Part shown: one piece after another, positions 10,731 to 20,678 of the stretch
How positions within the stretch are numbered: position 1 is the first letter of the stretch
Layout of the letters: every line of letters starts with the position of its first letter
From: a bacterium
GTDB taxonomy: Bacteria; Zhuqueibacterota; Zhuqueibacteria; Residuimicrobiales; Krinioviventaceae
NCBI GenBank assembly: GCA_963693055.1
Contig: OY843751.1
Span: forward strand, 1,280,001 to 1,344,000
Length of the DNA: 64,000 bases
Direction of reading: 5' to 3'
Translations under genes and position numbers: made by a program
The notes under the pieces: generated by a model
Told to the model about the DNA's origin: nothing
Databases searched by the model: none
Seen by the model: the letters and a program-made list of their open reading frames with translations, nothing else

Positions 10731-11972
10731 TTAAAATTTAATTTTATAAATATAAACTTGTCTGCTGCCGGTATCCACAGAATTAAAGCCAATCATGTCA
10801 CCATTGGGACTCCATCGGGGATGCAAATCGCAAGCGGCATCTTTGCCGTTTTTGCGGAATTCTACAGGATTAATAAATCTGCCCAGTGGCAGCACTGCTT
10901 CGGTCTCCATATCCATAAGATAAATACACTGTTCCTGCAGTTTGTTTTTAGGATAGGTATCGGTAATCATCCACTTGCCGTCAGGAGAAAAGGCACCATG
11001 ACCGTCGTAATCAAGAATTCCATTTCCCAGTCGTTTATAATTATCCTTTCCAACAGTAAATAGTACATGCCCGTAGGCCTGTGCGTCATAAGCTGCTGTT
11101 ATCATCAGATTGTCGCCATCCAACCAGTCAAAATGTGAACCGCCCCAGCCATCAGGAAAACACCGAACCAGACCCGAACCATCACGATTGATCACAAAAG
11201 ATGTGGTGTTTCTTGGGTTGGGCTGAGAACGTGCCAGCCAGAAAATCTTGCTGCCGTCTCGGCTGAACAAGGTATGGTTAAAGTACTCTATCTGTTCGGG
11301 ATTTAATTCCGGAACCTGTTCTTTTATGTCTATAATTGATATGAGTAATTTTGCATTACCCGTTTCAAGATCAACCAGATAAAGTCCATCGTCCTCGGGG
11401 AATTGGGTGTCACCGCGATTATCCTGACCGTCTCCGTCATAACCATAAGCTGTACGGGTGATGCGGAGTCGCGAAAAATTGATGCTAATTGCTTCCTTGC
11501 CATTTGGAGACACCGCACTGACCGCGTAGGGAATAGTTTTGATTATTTCTCTAGTATGCACATTCATAATAATGGATACATATTTACCCTCTTGCAGGTC
11601 ATTGAAAATAATCAACGAATCGGGAGCGGTGCTGAGCCAATGTGCCATACAGCCCTGTTGAAAGTTCCATGCACGAGTTTCTGCAAGGGGGGTAAATTTA
11701 TAGGTTTCCATATCAACCAGTCCCAAAACAGCAGGATCAACTTTGGTTGGTAGTGTATATTTAATGGGAGTTTGTAGAACCGTTGCGTATTTTTGGTTCT
11801 TGCTCCAGGAATTGATACCGTAATAGCTGGCAAATAGATGCTCTTGTGGCCCTTTGGTAATGGCAATAGGTTCCGAGACCTGAGGGAAATGTACGGTTTG
11901 AGTTGTTTCTGTTGATTGGCACGCTAAAAAGAAAAGCAGGGAAAAGGCAATCCATAATTTTTGCATTTTCAC
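10731..11972 (-). CDS. TolB-like beta-propeller lipoprotein
   Basis: AWNFQQG, NHTLFSRDG, DGHGAFSPDG, DLHPRWSPNG; lipobox FLAC. Confidence 0.7.
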   Translation of the reverse strand: MKMQKLWIAFSLLFFLACQSTETTQTVHFPQVSEPIAITKGPQEHLFASYYGINSWSKNQKYATVLQTPIKYTLPTKVDPAVLGLVDMETYKFTPLAETRAWNFQQGCMAHWLSTAPDSLIIFNDLQEGKYVSIIMNVHTREIIKTIPYAVSAVSPNGKEAISINFSRLRITRTAYGYDGDGQDNRGDTQFPEDDGLYLVDLETGNAKLLISIIDIKEQVPELNPEQIEYFNHTLFSRDGSKIFWLARSQPNPRNTTSFVINRDGSGLVRCFPDGWGGSHFDWLDGDNLMITAAYDAQAYGHVLFTVGKDNYKRLGNGILDYDGHGAFSPDGKWMITDTYPKNKLQEQCIYLMDMETEAVLPLGRFINPVEFRKNGKDAACDLHPRWSPNGDMIGFNSVDTGSRQVYIYKIKF

Positions 11973-12481
11973 CTCGATTGGTTATCGTAAAGCGATTGGA
12001 TTTGGCGAGTATGGCGTTGACTGTGTAATATATTGAACCATAACCACTCTCCTCTGGTGAGTTCTCCAAACTTTGGATGGTGGAACAATTTTACTTTATG
12101 TTCCAGTTTGTGATTTTCGAGTATTTGGAGCTGTAGATTGCGTAAAGTTTGAAATGTATCCAACTGCTCACCAGGATTTTTCTCATCATTTGAGGGTTGA
12201 ATGGGTTCGCCAGCTGTTAATTTAAGATCATCATCAGTGAATAATGCGCGTACAGTGAGGATCTTTTCATCAGGTTCCCGGTCATTACATGGAGTACCTT
12301 GACTATCCAACAGTTTTGTGATAAACCCTTCAGAGATGATCACATGGTCCAGAATTTGAGCAGCAGACCAGCGGCCCTTTTCCGGAGATATATTCCATGA
12401 TTCAACCGGAAAGCGATTTACAATATCAATTAATTGATCTGTCGAGTGCTGTAATTCTATCTTTGTGCTTTTTTTATCCAT
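11969..12481 (-). CDS. DinB family protein
   Basis: WSAAQILDHV, HPKFGELT, HSQRHTRQI. Confidence 0.85.
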   Translation of the reverse strand: MDKKSTKIELQHSTDQLIDIVNRFPVESWNISPEKGRWSAAQILDHVIISEGFITKLLDSQGTPCNDREPDEKILTVRALFTDDDLKLTAGEPIQPSNDEKNPGEQLDTFQTLRNLQLQILENHKLEHKVKLFHHPKFGELTRGEWLWFNILHSQRHTRQIQSLYDNQSR

Positions 12482-12584
12482 GATACTATTTCTCCAATAA
12501 TAATACACAGGACAATAGGATAATAATGTTTTTTATGAAAAGAATCAATGGGAATTAAGGGATTAAGAAATTTGTGGTTGGTAT

Positions 12585-12624
12585 AAAAAAATACAGCGGG
12601 AATCCTTCCACAAATTCCCGCTGT
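12585..12624 (-). terminator. Intrinsic terminator
   Basis: ACAGCGGGAAT/ATTCCCGCTGT stem followed by a T-run on the minus strand. Confidence 0.75.
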
Positions 12625-12850
12625 TCACATGGACCGGTTGTATTTACCTGATCCATTGAAATTTAAATATAGTAATTGCATACAATGACATATGTATTGT
12701 GTGCAAAATACTCGAGTTAAATTTAAAATAGTGATCAGTTAAATATTATTTTCTTTCTGTCCCTTGTCCATCATATTATGATGTCGCCCCGCCCATGATT
12801 TAAATATAACCCAATAATTTATAATGTCAAGAAAAGAATTGACAATATTG

Positions 12851-13981
12851 TTATTTTAATTTATCCTTTTCCGGAAAATCGGGAAAATATTTTTCTCTGC
12901 AATCAGGACAGATACCATGACTGAATTCAGCGTCAGTATGCTTTGCAATATATGCTTCGACCTGGTTCCAGTAACCTTTATCGTCTCGAATTTGTTTACA
13001 ATAAGAGCAAATAGGAACAATTCCGTTTAGCGTTTCAATTCTGGTTTTATATTTATTAATGGTTAATCTTACGAGTAAAAGTACGACAAGGGTAATGATT
13101 GCACATACCAATAAATTGATAACGAGTGTGGTGAAAATATGTTTGGTCGCTTGTCCTTGTTCCTGCTCTACTACAAGAAACCATTCGAATTCACGTATAT
13201 AACGTACATTGGTGTGAAAAGTCTTTTTGTTGCGTTTACTTTTAAAAGATTTGGCTGAACTGGAACTGAGTTGATCCTTGAACAAATCAGGGATACCGGA
13301 GGCCATCTGTTCTGCATTTTTTCTATTGAAATTTAAAGCAGCAAGTTTGATTATACCTTTTTTATCTACAAAATAGATGTTACGATTATATTTTTGTTGA
13401 TAAGATTCTATCAATTCTTTTACAGCATTAACCGTCAGCCCTACACCGGTTGCGCCTATATAGTTACCATTATAATCATAAACCTTGTAATTGATAAAGA
13501 TTGTCATTGAATCGTTATTTGCCATATCAATGTCAACGTTTATTTCATACTCGTCTTTCATCTCTTTGACTCTGAAATACCAAATGTCCCGTTCTTCAGT
13601 CGGAGAGACTGTTTTTAAAAGACCATTTGAATGATAATATTTATAGGTTTTTTCGGAAACAAAGAAACTGGTAAACGTATTAAATTGCTTTTGAATATCT
13701 TTGAGATATTTGGTAACCTGATCAGTATCCTTTTCGCCGCTTATTACCCAATCTCTAAGAAACGTATCTGTTGCCATGAGAGAAGAGATCAGAATGGGGC
13801 TCAAAAGGTCACGTTGAATTTCGGAATAAATATTGTCACTTGTCAGGGGGAGTTCGTTTAACAGAATTTCAGAGTGTAATGAACCTCGTGAAACAATAAA
13901 GCTTGCAAGGCTTGTGATTAAAAAACCGGCAATCAGTAAAATACTGAGTATGGGTAATAACTGTTTGCTTTTTCTCGACAC
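12851..13981 (-). CDS. Cache-domain membrane sensor with C-terminal CxxC..HGICPDC domain
   Basis: Two TMs around a Cache domain (FINYKVYD..IGATGVG); C-terminus PICSYCKQIRDDKGYW..SHGICPDC. Confidence 0.75.
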   Translation of the reverse strand: MSRKSKQLLPILSILLIAGFLITSLASFIVSRGSLHSEILLNELPLTSDNIYSEIQRDLLSPILISSLMATDTFLRDWVISGEKDTDQVTKYLKDIQKQFNTFTSFFVSEKTYKYYHSNGLLKTVSPTEERDIWYFRVKEMKDEYEINVDIDMANNDSMTIFINYKVYDYNGNYIGATGVGLTVNAVKELIESYQQKYNRNIYFVDKKGIIKLAALNFNRKNAEQMASGIPDLFKDQLSSSSAKSFKSKRNKKTFHTNVRYIREFEWFLVVEQEQGQATKHIFTTLVINLLVCAIITLVVLLLVRLTINKYKTRIETLNGIVPICSYCKQIRDDKGYWNQVEAYIAKHTDAEFSHGICPDCREKYFPDFPEKDKLK

Positions 13982-14093
13982 GGATACTCCTTACAAGGGT
14001 TTCTTTATATGCTATTCAACTTTTTAAACAAGTTAGTATTTATTAAGATAACTTTCAATGGAAACTAGAGTGTAATTTAGGTATTGTTTGATT

Positions 14094-15107
14094 TTATGAG
14101 TAATTGCATAACAATTCGAGATTTTCAATATTGGTATTCATGGTAAGAGTACAACCAGAGCTGAGAATGAACCGATTCTGTTTGTGTTTGGTTATTATGC
14201 TTTTAATATGATTCAGCTCTTTTAAAAGCTCGTCTTTATTTTGGTATTCAAGCGAATCTACAGGATTCAGGTTGCCCCATAATGCTATTTTATTTCCAGC
14301 AATAGCACAGGCCTTATCCAGATCAACCAGAGAGTCTATTTCTAGCACATCTGCACCAGAATTAACCATATCAGGCAGAATGTCTGTTGTATTACCGCAG
14401 ATATGTAGTGATAATATAGCATCAGTCTTTTTCAATGCAGAAAACACTTTTTGTTCAGCCGGTAATGCAACGAGTTTATATAAATCACGACCGATTAATG
14501 CTGCCGGACTGTCGCCGGTACTTAGCATATCCGCACCTGTAGAGGCCATTGCTTTACCGTATTCAATACAGCAAGCTGTACATTTGACCAAAAGATCTTC
14601 TATGAATACAGGGTCAGTCATTAATTTTACCATAGCATTGCCAATTCCCATCAGGGCGCAAACCAATGACCAGGGAGACTGGTCAAAGCAGCCTACAATA
14701 AATACTTTATTACCAATTTCTTTAACTACCCGGGATAGAGCTTCAAGCATGTTGGGGATACGGCCCCTTTCAATGATTTGTTTTGTGGGCAGCTTTTCCA
14801 TGTCTTTGTGATCTTTTACCAATGGTTTACCGAATCCACCGAGTGGCTGGCTTTCATTCGGAAACGCAACACTGGCTCCCATTGCTTCAGCGGTTATCCA
14901 GGTGTCTGCGGATACCCAGACTGCATCTGGTTTAAAGCGTTCATAGTATTGCAGAATTGCGTCAGCCATGATTTGAGGTTCAAGAGTATAATCTTTAATG
15001 CTTACATTGGCTATTTTTGAGCAAAAATGTACTGCAAGCGGTCCATTGGGGATTCGCGGAATATCTTTTCCCGCGAGAGCGTTGTATACGAGTTGTTTCG
15101 AGTTCAA
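14094..15107 (-). CDS. Uroporphyrinogen decarboxylase-family / MtaA-CmuA-like protein
   Basis: AEAMG, LHICG, GNLNP, ILSSGC. Confidence 0.8.
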   Translation of the reverse strand: MNSKQLVYNALAGKDIPRIPNGPLAVHFCSKIANVSIKDYTLEPQIMADAILQYYERFKPDAVWVSADTWITAEAMGASVAFPNESQPLGGFGKPLVKDHKDMEKLPTKQIIERGRIPNMLEALSRVVKEIGNKVFIVGCFDQSPWSLVCALMGIGNAMVKLMTDPVFIEDLLVKCTACCIEYGKAMASTGADMLSTGDSPAALIGRDLYKLVALPAEQKVFSALKKTDAILSLHICGNTTDILPDMVNSGADVLEIDSLVDLDKACAIAGNKIALWGNLNPVDSLEYQNKDELLKELNHIKSIITKHKQNRFILSSGCTLTMNTNIENLELLCNYS

Positions 15108-15133
15108 TGTTTGCTCCGGTGAATGAGTTTGGG

Positions 15134-16285
15134 TTAGCCTGTTGTTTTGTTGTTTATTTGTAAATGCTCAATTATTTTGTTTAAAACAGGTTCAGAGATC
15201 ATGTGCTGCTGATGGGTGTCATCGAGATAAAGATCGTAATTACCGTATTTTAGATCATTTACTCGGGCAACAACAATGTCTTTATAGGTTTCCCATTTGA
15301 TTCCCGCAAAACAGCAGGCATCGTACTGATTGATGATTTGTAACTGACTGCGACCATGACCGCTGGCCCCTAAAATATAGAGCTCTAAATAGTTTGCTGT
15401 GCGGTATAGCTCGGGTATGGATTGCTCATAGTCACCCCAATCCCGTTGAGAGTCTGACCTTAAATATAACGGATATGAGCCGGCAACCGGATAACTGTTT
15501 TTTATACGTGTATCTACTGCTGCAGCCAAGGTAGTAGTCCAGCCGCCACCTGAAATGCCAGCCATTGCTACGCTGGTGCAATTGAACTGTTTTTGTAGAT
15601 GATTTATAGCAACTACAATCGGTTCAATAAAATATTTTACAGGATGTCCGTTTTCAGTATTCAATAATTTAATATGATCATGACGGGTGAGCTTGAAAAT
15701 ACCAAATCTTTCCAGATTGACTACCGGCTGATTATTCATACCCAGCAACGGCATGGAAAACGCAATGACTGTATAACCATTATCCAGAAATGCTTTGATT
15801 TGTGATTTACTTTTGTAAAAATCACCTCGATGCCCCTGATGATATATCAACATACTTCCGTTTGGGCTTTTGGGATTAAAGATGTAAGGATATGAATCAA
15901 TACCAAATTCCATGGAAATGAAGAGTTTGTCAATGGACTTTAATGAGGAAATGTCTGAATATCGATCATCGTTGTGATTTTGCATTACAGATTTGGGCAA
16001 AGCTTGCGGAAGCCCGGGAGAACCAAAGATAAAATTGATCAATTCATTGCGGAGCTGATCAACATCGTTATCATTCTTTATGGATATCAAGGAATTGACG
16101 TCAGTTTCCAGATAGCTGTCTGGTGTTTCGATAAAGTCTTGCGGAATTGTCTCTTTTTCAAATGACGATAAAGTCTTTTCAATTATTCCGGATGGATACA
16201 TATTATAATAGTTGAGTATCATTCCCAAAATTAAAGCTACGATCAAAAGAATAGTGATGGCTGCAATTTTAAATATTTTGACCAT
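15134..16285 (-). CDS. Alpha/beta hydrolase family protein
   Basis: Nucleophile motif MAGISGGGW, YHQGH, DACCF. Confidence 0.7.
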   Translation of the reverse strand: MVKIFKIAAITILLIVALILGMILNYYNMYPSGIIEKTLSSFEKETIPQDFIETPDSYLETDVNSLISIKNDNDVDQLRNELINFIFGSPGLPQALPKSVMQNHNDDRYSDISSLKSIDKLFISMEFGIDSYPYIFNPKSPNGSMLIYHQGHRGDFYKSKSQIKAFLDNGYTVIAFSMPLLGMNNQPVVNLERFGIFKLTRHDHIKLLNTENGHPVKYFIEPIVVAINHLQKQFNCTSVAMAGISGGGWTTTLAAAVDTRIKNSYPVAGSYPLYLRSDSQRDWGDYEQSIPELYRTANYLELYILGASGHGRSQLQIINQYDACCFAGIKWETYKDIVVARVNDLKYGNYDLYLDDTHQQHMISEPVLNKIIEHLQINNKTTG

Positions 16286-16308
16286 TTTGTTCTCCTTTAA
16301 AACGATTA

Positions 16309-17232
16309 TTAATCGTGACCGGAAAATTTTTCACCCGCTGTAATTTCTACATCCAATCTGTTCTGATCAGGAGGCAGGGGGCAGGTTGCATATGGCGTGA
16401 AAACACACGGGGGATTATAGGCTTTGTTAAAATCGATATGGGTATTGCCATCTTTATCTGGTGCATTGACAACCAGAAAACGACCGCCACCATAGGTTTG
16501 TTTTCCAGTAGTTTCATCCGCAAAGATAATGAAAAATGAATCATCACCGGGTTCAGCAATAGGATCAAGACGGTAGGTTTTATTATTGATCTGAAACACC
16601 AATGCCCCCGGACAGTTTTCCTTATTTATGTTGCCGAGCACATTGGGTACAGTGATTTTTTTGGGTGGATCATAGGGTTCAAACTGTGCGGCGATATTCC
16701 AACGGGGATCGATATCATATCTATCGATCCCTTTGAAATTTTTGAAATTCTCACTCTCGCTGTCCTTTAAGCGAATACCGTACCTATCACCTCGTTTGAT
16801 CAGATACCAACTGAGACTTTTATATGTCAGGATACTGGGATCACCATCCATGTCGCTGACAAGAGACATGGATGTCACGGGTTTCTCGTTACATAAAACT
16901 GTAACGTTTTGAGCGATTTTAACGGAAACCTGATTATTATCCAGGATGAATGTTCCGATAAAAGCAGGAGAATTTTCTTTGGGAAAAATTAAATCATTTA
17001 CTTTATCAGCTCCAAAGGTGTTTTCTCCTGGCTTTAACCAAAACAATCCGGCAAGACTCAACCAGCCATCTTTATTCTGCAGTGTTTTGATGCGTTCCTG
17101 TTGCCATGCTTGAACAGATTCAACATACGCTTTATCTTTTGCAGATAATGGTTTTGCCTTTTGGCAGCTCAAAGCTGACATCAATATTAAAAACAAAATG
17201 CATTTAATGATACCGGATTTTAAATACTGCAT
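16309..17232 (-). CDS. DUF1684 domain lipoprotein
   Basis: GWLSLAGLFWL, FADETTG, TYGGGRFL, DFNKAYNPPC, CPLPP. Confidence 0.9.
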   Translation of the reverse strand: MQYLKSGIIKCILFLILMSALSCQKAKPLSAKDKAYVESVQAWQQERIKTLQNKDGWLSLAGLFWLKPGENTFGADKVNDLIFPKENSPAFIGTFILDNNQVSVKIAQNVTVLCNEKPVTSMSLVSDMDGDPSILTYKSLSWYLIKRGDRYGIRLKDSESENFKNFKGIDRYDIDPRWNIAAQFEPYDPPKKITVPNVLGNINKENCPGALVFQINNKTYRLDPIAEPGDDSFFIIFADETTGKQTYGGGRFLVVNAPDKDGNTHIDFNKAYNPPCVFTPYATCPLPPDQNRLDVEITAGEKFSGHD

Positions 17233-17256
17233 AATATCTCCGTTCGTCCAGACATT

Positions 17257-20193
17257 CTATTTTGTATGAAAAAGAGCCGAAGCCGGGATTTCCTGTTTAG
17301 GAATTCCCGGGCCTTGCCAGCTTACCTGGTTTGAAAAACCTCCAGCCATTTGAAAATATTGCTGAGAAATTTTATAGTTGCCCTTTTTGAGCGCAACAGT
17401 TCTTGATACTTCGTAAGCCGGATGGCCGCCATCGGTGTTGATGAATTCTTTGTCATCCATATAAAGTATGCTGCCATCGTTGGTTTTGTTATATATCGTA
17501 TAAATACCGTCTTTGGGTATTGCAAGATAGCCTGTATATATATAACCAAAATTCTCATCTCTGCGGCGATTTTTAATGTTAAAGTTTCTGGTGATACCGG
17601 CTTTGATGGGTTTAGCTTTTAACAGTTCTTTGGCAAACATGACCTCGGCTTCAATATATTGATACTCTAATCCGGGTTTTAAATCTTTACCTGTATAGCT
17701 TGTAAAAGGTTCATAGTCGAGTTTTGTTATAGTCTCTGCTACCGACATGCTGTTCAAAAGTCCTTGTTTTGCGGCCATGAAACGAACGGTACTGGTTTTA
17801 TTGATTTTAAAAGGACCTTTGTACAGGGTTGATTGAGCTGTTGGTTCTGAACCATCAAGGGTGTAATAGATTTTTGCATTTTCTGTATCGCAAAATAATT
17901 TAATTTCCGATGTTTCCAGAAAATAGCGTTTATCTGTACGTAAATAGGGTACTGCTGTAGCAGGAAGGAATTCCTGAGAGAGGGGACGGTCCAGTTTTGA
18001 GGTGCCCCAGCTCTTGTTGGGTTTTGCACCCATTTGGAAAACAAATTGTCCACCATTGGCGATTACACTGTGGTTAAACCATGATTTTGTAAAAGATTCA
18101 CCATTCAAGGCAACTGACTGGATGTATTTATTTTCTGAGGATATATTTTCAGCACGTACAATAAAATCTTTGCCGTTTTCAAGATGTACTGTTACCTGTT
18201 CAAACAGCGGACTACCAATGATATAGGTCGCATCTCCTGGGTTTACAGAATAGAATCCCATTGCGCTAAGTATATACCATGCCGACATTTGACCGCAGTC
18301 TTCGTTTCCTTCCATACCATAGGGTTGGTCGTCGTACATGGTATCCAGAATCTCACGTACAATTGCCTGGGTTTTATAGGCGGCACCCGCATAGTTGTAT
18401 AGATAAGCCATGTGGTGGCTGGGTTCGTTACCATGCGCGTATTGTCCAATGAGCCCTGTTGCGTCAACGGCATGTTCATCGTGCTTGGATGTTGTTGTAA
18501 ACATAGTATCCATCCATTTGATGAATGCTTTATCTCCGCCAATCAGTTTGATCAGTCCATTTACATCATGGGGTGCAAATAAAGAGTATTGATAAGAATT
18601 GCCCTCTACAAAGTGTTCAGTGCCCTCAGTAGGATCAAAAGGTGTAACCCAGGACCTGTCTGTGTTTTTGGGTGCCATGAAACCAATTTCCTGATTAAAC
18701 TGGTTTTTATAAAACTGTGCACGCTGCTGGTAGAGCAGAAAATCCTGTTTTTTTCCCAGTAATCTTGCCATTTCAGCCAGACACCAGTCGTTATAAGCAT
18801 ATTCCATAACTTTGGATACAGAACCGCCTTCTTTGTCAGCGGGTATAAATCCATATGTTGTATAATTGCCCAGGTCAGCCACCTCATTTTTCATAGCCTT
18901 GTATGCCAGTTCTACATCATAATCCCGAATGCCTTTTTGGTAAGCATCGAGAATCATGGGCAGGGAGTGGTGGCCAATCATGGAGCCAGAGTAATTTCCC
19001 CAAATCTCCCAACGGGCCAGCCGGTTACGTTTTTTGTACATTTCCAGTGAAGTTTTGATAAAGTCGTTCATGCGGGAAGGTTCCAGAATGGTGTAAAGCG
19101 GCATATTGGCTCGGAAAACATCCCATAGCGAATAGACGGTATAGCGGGTAAAATCTTTAGCTTTATGGACTTTAAGGTCAACTCCGCGATATTGTCCGTC
19201 AACATCCATAAATAAATTGGGGGCCAAAGCCGAGTGATACAATGCAGTATAAAAGATGCGTTTTTGTTTTTCAGTACCACCCTGTACATCGATTTTTGCG
19301 AGATGCTGTTTCCATGCATCTTTAGCATTTTTACGAATGTTTTCAAAATCCCATTTTTTGTTTTCTTTTGTAAGGTTCTTTTTTGCACCCTCTATGCTAA
19401 CCGCAGAAATACCTACTTTGGCAAGAATTTGTTCATTGTTGTCTGTGGTATAACTGATAAAAGCTTTAATGTTTTCACCCTCGGCTTTTTTGATGTTGGG
19501 AACCAGAGAGTCATTTACAGCAATACCAAAGGATTTAAAAGGTTTGGAGAATTTAGCATAAAAATATACGTGCTGATCTTCAACCCAGCGGATAGATCTG
19601 CGCATTCCGGCAATTTCTGTATCGCTGATGATCTGAATTGATGATGCAATTACACGATCACGATTTTTGAGATCAATAATGATATTTGCACTATCCGATT
19701 GGGGAAAGGTATAACGATGCAAGCCTGTTCTTTTTGTTGCAGTGAGTTCTGCAAAAATATTATAATCATCCAGTTTTACACTGTAATATCCGGGGGAAGC
19801 GGTTTCATTGTCATGGCTGAATGCAGAACGGTAACCGGTTTTGCTGTTTTCTTCATCACCCACCAGAACGTTTACTTTACCGATTGTGGGCATGAATAAC
19901 ACATCACAATATTCAGGTGCACCGGTTCCGCTGAGATGGGTGTGACTGAAACCCATGATTGTACTGTCTGAATAGTGGTAACCGGAGGAGCCATCCCAGT
20001 TTTCCATGCGGGTATCGGGTGAAAGCTGTACCATACCAAAGGGAACCACCGCACCGGGATAAGTGTGGCCGTGTCCGCCAGTACCGATAAAGGGATCAAC
20101 ATACCCTGTATAATCAACAGTGTTTTTTTGATTCGAGCTGCATGCTAAAAATAGTGTCGTGAGCAGAAAAAGCATTCCGATTGATCTTTTCAT
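17257..20193 (-). CDS. GH92 alpha-mannosidase with Fn3-associated and PA14 domains
   Basis: VDPFIGTGGHGHTYPG, GFSHTHLSGTG, SLWD, HGNEPSHH, GNEDCGQMSAW; IYYTLDGSEP; C-terminal PA14. Confidence 0.92.
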   Translation of the reverse strand: MKRSIGMLFLLTTLFLACSSNQKNTVDYTGYVDPFIGTGGHGHTYPGAVVPFGMVQLSPDTRMENWDGSSGYHYSDSTIMGFSHTHLSGTGAPEYCDVLFMPTIGKVNVLVGDEENSKTGYRSAFSHDNETASPGYYSVKLDDYNIFAELTATKRTGLHRYTFPQSDSANIIIDLKNRDRVIASSIQIISDTEIAGMRRSIRWVEDQHVYFYAKFSKPFKSFGIAVNDSLVPNIKKAEGENIKAFISYTTDNNEQILAKVGISAVSIEGAKKNLTKENKKWDFENIRKNAKDAWKQHLAKIDVQGGTEKQKRIFYTALYHSALAPNLFMDVDGQYRGVDLKVHKAKDFTRYTVYSLWDVFRANMPLYTILEPSRMNDFIKTSLEMYKKRNRLARWEIWGNYSGSMIGHHSLPMILDAYQKGIRDYDVELAYKAMKNEVADLGNYTTYGFIPADKEGGSVSKVMEYAYNDWCLAEMARLLGKKQDFLLYQQRAQFYKNQFNQEIGFMAPKNTDRSWVTPFDPTEGTEHFVEGNSYQYSLFAPHDVNGLIKLIGGDKAFIKWMDTMFTTTSKHDEHAVDATGLIGQYAHGNEPSHHMAYLYNYAGAAYKTQAIVREILDTMYDDQPYGMEGNEDCGQMSAWYILSAMGFYSVNPGDATYIIGSPLFEQVTVHLENGKDFIVRAENISSENKYIQSVALNGESFTKSWFNHSVIANGGQFVFQMGAKPNKSWGTSKLDRPLSQEFLPATAVPYLRTDKRYFLETSEIKLFCDTENAKIYYTLDGSEPTAQSTLYKGPFKINKTSTVRFMAAKQGLLNSMSVAETITKLDYEPFTSYTGKDLKPGLEYQYIEAEVMFAKELLKAKPIKAGITRNFNIKNRRRDENFGYIYTGYLAIPKDGIYTIYNKTNDGSILYMDDKEFINTDGGHPAYEVSRTVALKKGNYKISQQYFQMAGGFSNQVSWQGPGIPKQEIPASALFHTK

Positions 20194-20349
20194 AAAGCTG
20201 GATTCCTAAAGTTTTGGTGAATTTGCCGGCACATAATTAGGGGATATTTGAAAACTAGAAAATTAAATATAATATTGTTTTTATACAATGTCAATGTTTT
20301 TGAAATATGGGTAAAATTGACGTGAGAGCAATTTTTGTATACTAGAACG

Positions 20350-20613
20350 CTAGAGATGGAAAAGAATGATTAGTGCCGTGGTACACAATACTGCTGTTGA
20401 CCAATACCAGGGAGTGCAGATCTTTTTGTCTTTGTATTTGTTCAATAGAGATTCATAGACAGCCGCAATAAAGGGGGGAAATGCCAGTACCAGGTTGTGC
20501 ATGGGTTCTGCCAGTATACGTTTGGATACCCAGGCTAAAACGATAATACTAATACCTGTTGCCAGTGCGATCTGGATGTGGGGTGAAAGAAAAAAATCTT
20601 TAATTTGTGACAT
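20350..20613 (-). CDS. Small hypothetical membrane protein
   Basis: Three hydrophobic segments; start codon uncertain. Confidence 0.5.
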   Translation of the reverse strand: MSQIKDFFLSPHIQIALATGISIIVLAWVSKRILAEPMHNLVLAFPPFIAAVYESLLNKYKDKKICTPWYWSTAVLCTTALIILFHL

Positions 20614-20641
20614 GATAAAGCTCATTCCGGTTTTATAAATC

Positions 20642-20672
20642 ACCCAGGGTGGATTATATCACCCTGGGTTTT
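20642..20672. terminator. Stem-loop / probable terminator
   Basis: ACCCAGGGTG-8nt-CACCCTGGGT immediately after the GH140-like gene stop. Confidence 0.6.
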
Positions 20673-20678
20673 TATGTT

